From: Bispira polyomma
Taxonomy: Eukaryota
DNA length: 64,000 nt
NCBI GenBank assembly: GCA_965649765.1
Contig: OZ287753.1
Coordinates: forward strand, 49,662,001 to 49,726,000
Reading direction: 5' to 3'
Shown: piece after piece, positions 13,465-24,950 of the stretch
Layout of the letters: every line of letters begins with the position of its first letter
Position numbering within the stretch: position 1 is the first letter of the stretch
Translations under genes and position numbers: made by a program
The notes under the pieces: generated by a model
What the model was told of the DNA's origin: nothing
Database searches by the model: none
What the model saw: the letters and a program-made list of their open reading frames with translations, nothing else

Positions 13465-15308
13465 TTAAGGAGAGGAAGGAATGGCTGCAGCAAATGTGAG
13501 TGGTACTATTGAAGCAGCTTGAGATGTCTTTTGCAAGTACGTCCATACCCAGAAAGACCTCCAAAGGCCATGGGACATTATATTTTGTAGAGACACATTA
13601 TGATTGAAGGCAAATGTGGCTCCCGACCTTCTGAAGGTGTGGAAGCCAGGAGAAGCATACTGAATACCTATGTGTTCTAGAACTGTTTGTAGTGCTACTC
13701 TGATATGTGAGTCAACTATGGTATGAAAGGGGCTTGCATTTGCTGCAAACAGGGGATAAGATGGTGGAAGTGGCCTGGAGTCTAGGAGAGCCTTCAGGGC
13801 AGTAACTGGGCAAATGTGCTTATTTCTCAATGTTGGAATTTGAATGGCATGTGTATCTGTACGATTCTGTAGGTTTTTCGCCCACTTGAGTATGATATGA
13901 GCTCCAGGCTCCCCAAAAATTACATTTTTTCTTAGGAAGTGTCTAGTTCCGTCAAAATTGGCTCTAGCGTGAGGAGCTATATTTGAGACTCTAAGAAACG
14001 CAAAAAATGCTAGCATAAAGGCTGCCCTAAACAATATTGGATCCTGCAATATATTGCATGCTTTCGAAATTTGTACCAGGTGATCTATTGTGAAAATCCC
14101 CTTAGGTTTAGGTTTGAAGCACGAGTTATGTGTTAAGCTCCTTAAGGTTTTAGTAACGTAAACACATAAACGGGCCGGGAATAAAGCATGCTATTTTTAC
14201 AAGAGCTATTTCTACTCTGTATATCAACTATGAGGACTTTAAAAGTACACTTTAGTAAGGTTTTTAACCATTTTTATGTGTCCAGACAATTCAAAAGGTT
14301 AATAATATGCTACAAAACTATAAAAACACCCATATAACCATCCTTGTGACGTCACACAATTTGAAAATCTATGTAGAACGTCATATTTGTAAACAAGTCT
14401 TGGAGAGAGTCCTTTCTATTGTGACATAATACGAGTATTGATCCAGCATATATCAGTACAAGACATATGCTACACAACTTTATAAAACATGTATATTGTT
14501 TTGAATGAATTACATTTTTAAATATGTCTCCTTAAACGAAGAATACAAAGTATCTTTCTATTTAGAAGAGTGTAACTTTGCAGTTTTACTAAAATTATCC
14601 CCGTTTTTGTGCTTTTATTAAAAATGAATTCATTCAAAATGTTGCTGATGTTTTCTTTTTTCTCGTCATGTACAATACTTCAGTATTGATCCCTTCTTGG
14701 TATATGAATTGTGTCACGTTTGTGAAGCATGTACTTTGAAAATATTACCCATTTTAGTTACAATTTTACACACTACTATATGCATTGTATGTCTCAAAAT
14801 ATGTATTAAAATGACACATAAAATATATGAATTAGTATATAATTAAAATAGATGTCATGCTTTATTATTTCTACCCATGAAAATGTAAATATGTTATCCA
14901 TAAATCGAATTTAAGGCCACAAAGAAAAAGTTGTGCAGTTTCTGAGAAGCTCAAGCACACATAACGTGGTTATCCGTGATCGTCTTTTGTGTTTACGTTA
15001 CTAAAGCCTTAACAGCAGAGCTACTGAATTGTGTGTAAAAGGTGTCAAGTCCCAGTTAAACTTATTTGCTGTGAACTTTATGGCAGCCATGTAGTTATTG
15101 ATGGCTCCAGGAGACAAGTTATTTTGAATTAAATATTCGATGAAGGCAATAACAGCATGTACAGTGATCTGCTGAATGCCCACTACCTGTAAGAAACCAA
15201 GAAAGGTTGTAAAGTTTCCTTTGTATGCTGTCGTAGTCTTTGGTCTAAGTGAATTGTTCATTCTCAGCCAGGCTGAAGACATCAATCTCTGACTGAGGGT
15301 TGTGGAGC
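13465..15308 (-). CDS. D1 tyrosine recombinase, split by a TTAA insertion
   Basis: Catalytic motifs FLRVSN, HTFRRSG, GLWRS, WTYL. Removing 14146-15012 joins ORFs 15001..15285 and 13465..14049 in frame (…ALLLRSLTHNSCFKPKPKGIF…). Confidence 0.9.
14146..15008. mobile_element. Non-autonomous Kolobok-like DNA transposon (863 bp)
   Basis: TTAA duplicated at 14142-14145 and 15009-15012. TIRs GGTTTTAGTAACGTAAACACA / TGTGTTTACGTTACTAAAGCC have 1 mismatch in 21. GG..CC termini fit Kolobok rather than piggyBac. Confidence 0.85.
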
Positions 15309-15317
15309 CTATAAAAA

Positions 15318-18062
15318 TTAAATGTGTGTGTTTAAATTAAAGTAATCAATGGGTATAGGTTTCCACCTGAAATTAACTAGCAATGACTGGATTATTAGTC
15401 TATTGGGAGGTTTGTCAGAATAAATTCTTGAAAGATGATCAGCAATTATATTCTTTTTTCCCGGTATATGCTTAATGTCTAACTTAATATCATATGTGGC
15501 TGTAATCAGCCAAATATTTCTTATACATAATGCTAAGAAAGGATCTTTGGTTTTCTGTGAACCGACAACTAGAACTACGGCCATGTTATCACAATTGATA
15601 CTAACTGCTTGGTGCTCCCATACCTTTGCCCACACACGCAATGCTACTATTATATTTAACATTTCCAGATGTACAATCGAAAGTTCTTGGTCAAAAAGGT
15701 TATGAAATGGAGTGGCATATACTTCATTATTATAAATCGATGTTCTTATGATTAATGAAGGTAATACCATTAAATTTGTTCATAAATGAAATGAACCACT
15801 GCAGGTCATCTTTCATGTACTGAGTGACCTTGAAACGCTTACTATTGTGGTTATTCCTAAAAGCTGCTAATAATATGTTAATAAAAGAGCGTGCTGGGAT
15901 GACACATTTGTGGACGTAAAGTAATTTGCCCAGCAATGATTGAAATTTTGCTTTGCCTATGTACTTTTTGTTAATCGCGTCAACGCAGGCGTCATGTACT
16001 TCTCTTAATTTTTTCCGGCTGTATACTTATAGTACCTTTATCTAGGTCAAAATCGATTCCCAAACAGGTGAGCTTCCTGCAAGGTGAAGTGAGTTTTTCT
16101 GCGTTCATGGGTAAACCAAGTTTTGTTAACAGTGTGTGAAGTGTTTTAAAACCTTCTTCAGCATCACGTTTGCGAATTACGCCCACGTAATCGTCTATGT
16201 AGCCAAATACTTGTATCCTAATGTGTTCATGTGTGACGTAATGGCGTCAGTGCAACGCTAAAATGCTGCACTGCCGTGTACCCACCCGAACGCAATAGCC
16301 GGGTCTATGTAGTACTTATTTTCCCAGAATATTCCTAACTTAATTACGTCGACTGGGTCGACTCTCAAATTGCAGAACGCGCGCGCAACGTCAATTTTGA
16401 ACAACATTACGTCTTTTGTGCTGCGAATTGCTTCAGTGACATTATCAATAGTAGGAAATTTTAGCACAAACGCGACGTTATCAAATTCTTCCCTATTCAC
16501 ATTGTCATTCAATGACGCCCCATATGGGTGTGAAAGGTTAAGTATCACATGACGTTTGTTACCATCCTTGGGTCTAGTCAGTAGAGGAGAGCAGTTGTAG
16601 TCAATTGTGTCAATTTCTTTATTTGGACCTAGCATGGCACCTCATTGTTGTTCTTTGCTTAAATATTCTCCCACCTCATAGGGAAATTGAAGGGCAGAAA
16701 AGTGTTTTTTTATGTCCTTGTTTCTAATGCTGTCTGGATCCCTCAGACATAGTGGGAAGCCAAATTTGATGTAATGTATGAGGAGTTCATCTGAATATTC
16801 CCTTAACATGCCTTCCCAGGCATCAATGTGTAAATCTGAGCTAACAGGAATCCTTGCCTGTCGGTAATTGGGTACCCCTCTTTGATTATTTGGGCTACCT
16901 TTATAATTTTTGGAATTGTGTAAATTTTTTCCCCCCATCTGTCAGGGCCACAAAATGTGAACTTGGTAGGTTGCAAGGCCAGAAAACCTATTTCCTTACT
17001 GTTGTCATTAAAGTCAACTAAGCTTGTGCTAGGTGAGCCAGGCATATTGATCTCATCAATCAAACAATTTTTTGTAATTTTTGCAGAAGACGGACGGCGA
17101 GTGTATATTTTTTTGCAATGTACTATACCTGTGTTGAGTCGGGCTTCTGTCCCTGCATCTGCCAGGTGCTGTCTCTTTACAGTTTTCACTATAGTTTTTA
17201 CATTGTCATTACTTGAAATATTTTCACAGTTACATATCAATGCATCAATTAATTGTTCCAACACTTCAGTGTGATTTTTACCAGACTGTTGTAAACTCTC
17301 GACATCTTTCTTATAGTTATCAGAACTAATTTTTGCCTGAATTTGTTCTGTTTGAGATCTGATCTCAATCTTATTCTGATATCTGTCTGTTATGAACAGA
17401 TCCTGCATCATTAATTTGTATGACCTCACTATCAACAATAAACCATCAGGTTTAAACTCAATTTTATCAAACATAGGGGCAGCAGTGACCATGCTCATTT
17501 TTATTTGATAAAAGCCCTTACTTAGGCCATTATGATCAGTTATATGCGCAATGGGATAATGTTCACCAGTCATAAAGTTCTCATATACCCAATTTGTTTC
17601 AGAAATAGTGGCCATTTGGCCCTTTTTGACTTCTATGTTATTTGATAATTCATCTTGCTTTAATAACTGGTCAGTGCTACCTCCAATAAAGTGCCCTCTA
17701 TCCATATCAGGATTGTATGCGCTTTTTGTTACCGTTGTATTGCTAGGGTTGTGCTTGTGAGGTATATTTCCTGCAAATCCCTGCCCTTCATCTCTCCTCG
17801 GGGAAGAGACAACCAACCTTTTGGTGTTGGTCATTTCTTCACCTAAACATTCTGGTTCTATAATGACAGAAGGCATATTATTTATACTGTTTGTAACATT
17901 TTTGCAAGTTTTTACATCATTCATTATGCACTCATTAAACTGATTACACTGTATGTCCACAATGTCCTCACCTAGTTCATTATTTACATTGACATTAACC
18001 ATACTTATAATGCGCTCAATATTACATAGCATCGTCTTTTTACCTAGTTGTCGGTATGTTAC
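15318..18062 (-). pseudogene. D1 pol: long N-terminal extension, reverse transcriptase and RNase H (frameshifted)
   Basis: [76 protein letters not shown]. Confidence 0.9.
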
Positions 18063-19444
18063 CTATTTAGTATTGTTGTTATTCTCAATCTTACTGGCGT
18101 TGGCTTTGAAACACTTAAACTCTGGGTGACTTGATTCCTTACCCAAAACTTTTCACAGTGCCAACAGTTATGTTTGTAAACCCCATGATCAGTTTTATAC
18201 GTACACTTCCCACTGTTAAAATGTTTGCAGATTGTCTTCCCCTCCCCTGTGGTGCTGTTATTAGTAGAATGGCCATTTCCCCCTGAATAGCTGTTTGCCA
18301 TAGCTAGCTGAGATGCATTGAGCCTATTAATGGCCCATTGCGTACTATCTGTCCAGGACAACCTACCCTCCTCTACTTCTTGCATGTTTAGCGCCCATGC
18401 GGCATGGACGACAGGCCAAGGTAGCGAGGCTGCATCTCGGAGGGCATGAACGAGTTGTTGTATTATGCCGCGCATTTCATTGACGTCGGTGACAAGAAGT
18501 GTGTTTGATAGTTGCCCTGCTGCCCATTGTGGCAGTGATAGGTCGTCGTAGACCGGATACTTATGTGTGGCTCCCCCGACCCAGCCCTCATTAGGCCATC
18601 TGCGTTTAGCGTCTGCTGTGGTGATATCAGTACTGTTGAACCTACCAAATTTAAGGCGCTTACCTTGTGTCAGTTCCCTTATGGCTGTCATTTCATACTG
18701 AGCTAGTTGGTGTGTAACTGCTGCCTGTACTGATGGCATGGTTCTCAGCGCGTCCAGGTTGGGCACAATGCCATCTCCAGCGAATTCCTGAGGGTTGACC
18801 TGAGTGTCAAGTGGCTGTGTCGCCGTGTTGACAAAATCCGTGTTTGGTAGTGGCTGTTGGGCGGTTGTGAAATTCGGTACAGGAAGCGAGTATGTAGGTA
18901 TGCTTGATCCCTGCGTGGTCAACAAGCCCTGTTGGTTGATCTGCGAAATGTGTGGCTGTGTCCCCGTGTTGACATGAGCCATGTTCAGTGGGTGTTGCTG
19001 ACCATTCGTGAAATTATGTACAGGGAGTGGGTTGATATTCCTGCTCAGCCCCTGCGTGGTGGACAGGCCCTGAGGTTGCACCGAAGTGTGCTGTTTGAAC
19101 GAGCCTTACTCGACTATATCCAATCTCTGTGATAACGCAGCATTGGAAGATTCAAGACGTCTTAATATATTTAACATTTTGTCTGAGGTGGCTCCTAACG
19201 CTGGGGGTGCTTCAGAACAAGGTGGTGGACTAGCAATGTTGCTGGCCAGAACGGGGACATTAGCGGGGTCAACTAGAGTGGCACTATTGTAATTGCCAAT
19301 GGCATCAGATAGAATACTTTGTAAATTGCGAGACAATGTGTTTACCTGTTGACCCCTGTCCCCCATTTTGCCTGTAGCTCTGCCCTGGCGTGTTGATTTC
19401 TTCAATTGTGTCGCTAACGGAGTTTTCTTTGATGCATTACCCAT
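18063..19444 (-). pseudogene. D1 gag-like ORF with C-terminal Cys/His zinc-finger cluster
   Basis: ORFs 19106..19459 and 18059..19081 are in one frame with a single stop between them. Motifs YDDLSLPQWAAGQL and CKHFNSGKC...HNCWHC...H....C. Confidence 0.85.
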
Positions 19445-19923
19445 TATAATAGACGACACAATTCACTATCTAGATCCCTTGCAAGCAATCAGTAACAAGT
19501 AATGCACACCAATAAAACGTAGAATTAAAATGTTAACTAAAAACTGATTGGTCAGTCTGTGGATGGACAGAAGAACTTGCTAAGCATAGGTGTGTGTGAT
19601 TCACACATTTAAGGTAGAAGTGCAACGTTTGCTATGAGGACTGAAGCATTAGTGCCCTAAAGTGTCTTTAGATACTTTAACCTCTGAAAGTGTCGCCACG
19701 AGGGAGATCATGGGCAATATAAAGACGTATGTTCTCACTGTAGTAGGATGTTCAACAAAGAGTTATCTCATTCAGCAGCTAAATGTGACAAAAATAGTGC
19801 AACTAGGCAGCAGGGGGCCAATAGCACGGAGTAGGACATATGTCAACAACTAACAGAAGGAACAATCAGAGAGTGTGGGTATTGTAGTAGTAATGTGTAT
19901 AAATGTAGTACTGAAGTAGACGT

Positions 19924-20178
19924 TGAGTTTGAATTGGGATATTTAACGTCCACTCTAGTACCTGTTTTAGGTTATATTGGGACGGGTAGTTAGAAACGCT
20001 GGATGAAATACTGCATACAGTTGATCAAGGTTCTGCACTGAAACCAGCGGCCCACAGTAAGCAACTACCACCTTTCCCACATGGGCGTCGACGGGATTCG
20101 AACTCACGCCGCCCAGAGGTGAGAGACCAGTGATTGTGAAGCACAATGCTTGCTAACCACTAGGCCATCGCGGCCCCC
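19924..20178 (-). mobile_element. tRNA-derived SINE, copy 2, inserted in D2 pol
   Basis: 14-bp target-site duplication ACTGAAGTAGACGT at 19910-19923 and 20179-20192. Confidence 0.93.
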
Positions 20179-23100
20179 ACTGAAGTAGACGTAATAGATA
20201 GAAATGATAATTCTAAAAATTTAACTAGTAATGTCATGTATGAGGACATAATAGACAGTGATAAATTAGACATTACAGAAAGTAAATTAAATAATTCTAA
20301 CTCAAAGGAAGTAGTGTTTAATGACTATAATGTCTCTGACAACACAGGTCAGCTAGTAGATAATGTACATGTCTATAATTACAATCAGATGAGTACTACA
20401 GATTGTCCACTCAGCACTGCACGTACTAACAATTCCAGGAATGGTCAGCCAGTAGTTCAAAAGTCATCCATGGAGGAGGCGTTTAATACAGACATACAAG
20501 TGTATTATAGCACTAAACTTTTTCTTGACTAAAACAATTCTTCCACTAACCATAACCAGGTAAACAATGGTGCAAATAGAGAATGTGTGGTAAATCTTGA
20601 CGTATACTATGTAAATAATGAAATGCAAGTTGATCTGGCAGATAGTAATAATAATATGTGTAGGAGATTGACATATACACCCACGGCTTCAGTCTGTAAT
20701 TGGTTAGCTGCAAGTAGCCAAGCAGTTCAAAACATGATATATTTGAAAATTCATATTTTTGTAGGTGACTCGGGTTTCTATTGTCAAGATTATTATTGGG
20801 CAAATAGCATTAATGTCTTTCAAAGAATAACTAAAACTCCCAATGAGTCGTTGAAAATTTTATATGTCATGGAAATGGTCGTTACCATTAACCCAGTACA
20901 GTGGGCATATCACCAATATACTGATATGCAAAAAGAGCAGTCTGAACTACCACATAATCAGTACAATAGAGACCTCAAGTGCATTAGCGTTCATGGTTGT
21001 GATTATACGCAACATATTGAGAGCTTTTTTGATAATTTAATTGAACATGATGGTGACATTGGTAGTGCCATTAATAATGCACCATGTATGAGGATAATGT
21101 TCTAACATATAATACTAACAATAACAACTTGACGTCCGTTCTTGTTTCACAAGAAAATGTTGTGGGATGGTTGGGCGACCAGACTCATAAGCCAATCATA
21201 AATCACTGTCAGTGTGTGTATGACAACACACTTAAGGCTAAGGTAAGTGATTCGTCTTCGAAAACACGGAAAACAGATGTCTATTGTGAATCAAAAACAG
21301 TCGGTTTCATTAGACTTTCCAACACGGATTATGAAGTCATAGGCCCAGATAGGGAACCTCTAGCCATCACCAGTGTTGACAGCATGCTTCACACTGCTGG
21401 AATAATTAGAGATACTGGGTTAGTCAATAATTATAGATCTGCTAGAATTCCATTGGAATATGGCCTTAATGTGGCAGCTTGGGAAGAACTCAGATAAGGT
21501 GCTGTGGCAATATATTAAATTTGGGTTCCCTCTATCATTAGATGACCCCAAGTTGCTTAATAATACCAACTCTGATAACCACCATTCTGCTATTTAATAC
21601 CCTTTAGAAGTGCTTCAATATCTTGAAAAGGAACAGTCTCAAGGAGCCATGTTGGGCCCAGTTAACATAATTAATGATACACATTTCCATTGTTCTCCGC
21701 TTTTAACCAGGCCAAACAACATTGATAAACATAGGGTGATTCAATCTCTCTCTTACCCACATAACTTGTCTGTTAACAGCCAAGTAGTTTGGGATACTTT
21801 TGATCATACAAAATTTATCTTAAGGTTCCCCACTATTGATCATATTACTAGTGAAATTAGAAACACTGACGACCCTTTAGTGTTTAAGACAGATGTGGCA
21901 TGAGCTTTCCGTAACCTCAGGGTTGATCCTGTTGATGCCATAAAACTGGGCATTAATTTGGGTGGCAACCACTACGTCGACGCTGCTGTGGTGTTCAGCT
22001 AGGCCCACGTCAGCGCGGTGTTTCAGCGTTGCTCGGATATTGCAGCCAACTAGATGAGGTCTCATGGGTTAACATTGTTCCGCTACATAGATGATTATGC
22101 CTATGTTTGCACTAGAAGTAGGGCAAATGAAGTTTGCACCCTCCTACATGAGATACTTGACAAATTAGGGCTTCCCACAAACAAAGACAAATCAGTTACT
22201 ACTGACACTTTCATGACTTTTCTAGGAATCGATATTGATATTGTTAAGGGTATCATAAGTATCAATCAAGATAAGATAGATCAGATCAATCAAGATCTAC
22301 AAAAAAATATCAAGTCATGGCTCTCACATATTAAATACCAAAGCATGTTTGAAAAATTAATATACATACACAAGTGCGTGAAGCCTCCAAGAGTAGTTGT
22401 CAAGAGATTATTGGCTGTCTTTAGAGACAACCCAGATGCCAAGAGATTCAAAATACCAAACAACATTAGGCAAGACATTACTTGGTTTATTTCATTCTTA
22501 CCACAGTTTAATCGCATGACTTACATTTCACCTACAAACATACCAAATATGCAAGAATTTTACTTGGATGCTTGCTGACAGGCTTCGGCGGCATCTGGAA
22601 TAAAGAAGTATATGCCACACTAATACATAATATTTATGGACGTACCCTCGCCATTACTCAATTTAAAATATTGAATATTATCATAGCCCTAAGGCTTTGT
22701 GGCAACGACTGGGCTCACCAGAGAGTCACAGTGAGATGTGACAATCTGGTAGTGATGTTAGTTGTTGACACAGGTAAGACAAAAGATTGCTTTTTAGCCA
22801 CATGCACAAGGAATATATGGTTACTAACATCCACTTTTGACATTACATTGCACATACAGCACATTAGGGGTAAACTAAATTCTAACGCAGATGCTGTATC
22901 TTGCATTTATTCAAGTAAGCCACCTAGTGGCCAAAAAATAGAAGAAACTTAGTTAATGTCAGTATAAACACATACCACTACATTTCTTCAACTTGAACTA
23001 TGATATGCAGATTCTTCCTCATCCACCTTACACCTGGGGTTGATTGCCATACAAAGAATCAACTCTGCACTGAGGCCATCCACTACTGGTGCCTACACAT

Positions 23101-23997
23101 CACAGTTCAAGAATTTTTATCCTTCCTCCATTAGTCAGGCATGCAGCAGTTCACAGTTACTTCAGTACTAGCGATTCTGGAGTACTTGGTACAAAACAAT
23201 ATTTCACCTAGGGTAGTTAACAACTACCTGGCTGCACTCAAATTTATGTTTGAAAATTATAATTAAGACATTCTTCCATTCAAACACAATTCAGTATCAT
23301 TGTTCTGTCATAGTCTTTCACTTTTTTCAAAATTTAAACCCCAAAAGTAGGGTTCTTTGACATCAACCTTCTCCAGGACATTTCAAAAACTTGTGCCATA
23401 TTAGATGACCCCGGGTTATTTAGGGCTTCTTTCTTAGATGCTTTCTTCGGGTTTCTAAGTATGTCGAATATCGTTCCTCATTCGAAAGCAAAATTTGACC
23501 ACTCAAAGCATTTCTTGCGTCAAGATGTAGTATTTGGCCCACCAGGGGCTCATTTAATACTTAAGTGGGAAAAGAATATGCAAAACCGCTTGGACAAACA
23601 TATCATTCATCTCCCTTCCTTGCAGGACAAACTGCTTTGCCCAGTAGCTGCTTTAATGGAATTATTGCAATCTAGACTACTTAAACCAACTCAATCTCTC
23701 TTTGCCTCAGTATCCGCTCTTCATTACCCTGTTGTAGATTTCCACATTAGATCTGCACTCAAATCAGTTCTCTAACACTTAGGGGTGGACCATAGTTTTC
23801 ATGGTTTCCACACATTCCGCAGATCTGGTGCCCCTCTAGCCTTTAATAATAATGTATCTCTGCAACAAATTGTGTCACATGGTCTGTGGCGCAGCTGAGC
23901 TGTCTGGGCTTATCTACAACATTCTTCCTCTCAAGCTTCTACAGTGCAACTTACATTTGCTTATATCATCCCCCTTCCTAGTAGCTTGGGTTTGGGG

Positions 23998-24617
23998 CAT
24001 ATTTAAAATCTCTACTAAGGTTTCAATTATAAACCTTTTATCATTTTATGTACATATCAAAGATACAAACTTGTACAGAATAAATTTTGCAAACATATCT
24101 TTTACTATCTTATCAAGGTCATAAGGTTAAGGCAGGAACCTTAACTGCCAGGCGATTAGGTGCCGTAGGACCCGGGTTCAAACTGTGGAGTAGTTTCATT
24201 AGAGATGGTAACATTATCCATTAAAGAACATTGACCTTTAGTATATATTACGTAATGATTAGATACTATGGCATACACAGGTATGCTCATATTCTCACCA
24301 ACTTCTAGTTCTTAAGGTTTTATTTTCTTAATTTTTTTACCTCTGTTTTTTTTTACCTCTTCATTTTATCTTGTCGTGGTGAACACCACTCTTTCTTTAT
24401 ATTTTTCTAGTTGTATTACAGGTACTTGTTTTACCATGATGTTTAACCAGGGCTATTCCCGTTCACGAGATGTTGCACATGCTATTATGGCCATATTTAA
24501 AATCTCTACTGAGGTTTCAATTTTAAATCTTTTATCATTATATGTATATATCAAAGATACTAACTCGTACAGAATAAATTCTGCACACCTATCTTTTACT
24601 GTCTTATCAAGGTCATA
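23998..24617 (+). repeat. Split direct repeat B1 (23998-24123) and B2 (24492-24617) of D2
   Basis: Two 126-bp copies (CATATTTAAAATCTCTACT…GTACAGAATAAA…TCAAGGTCATA) flank a spacer that carries part of the hairpin core. Confidence 0.85.
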
Positions 24618-24950
24618 TCACAATTTAATTCACCTTAACTTTACTTTTGGACTCTAGCTTCTATTAATGTGGAACTGATACTAGTACCATAGCGATTAAC
24701 GGTCAGAACTGTGAACTCCTCAGATTAACCGGTTAGATTTAAGTAGCATTACACTCTTAAGGTTTTTGGATCAAAGTTAAACATAAAAATATCAAAACAG
24801 CATGAGTTGAAACCAAAGATTTAAATTATAATTTATTAGTTCTACATATAAAAATTATGCTAGTTCTCATCTGTGCTATGTGTAAGCTACAAATATTTTT
24901 GAAAGACTGAAACAGTAAAAATTATACATTTTTGTATTAAATACACATAC

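Larger units (their letters stand above)
13232..19688 (-). mobile_element. YR retrotransposon D1 (Ngaro-like), near full length
   Basis: Order is gag (19444-18063), pol with RT/RNase H (18062-15318), then YR (15308-13465). No methyltransferase ORF seen. B-type 3' motif after the YR stop. Confidence 0.92.
19689..24690 (+). mobile_element. YR retrotransposon D2, 5'-truncated, head-to-head with D1
   Basis: Begins inside the gag zinc finger (EGDHGQYKDVCSHC). Decayed RT ([19 protein letters not shown]), RNase H (CDN, HIRGKLN..AD) and YR (23011-23980, HTFRRSG). Duplicated B repeats at the 3' end. Confidence 0.9.

Noticed and set aside
13465-14049. Phage or bacterial integrase (contamination or HGT)
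   Set aside because: The YR is collinear with gag and RT/RNase H in several copies, the hallmark of DIRS-order retrotransposons.
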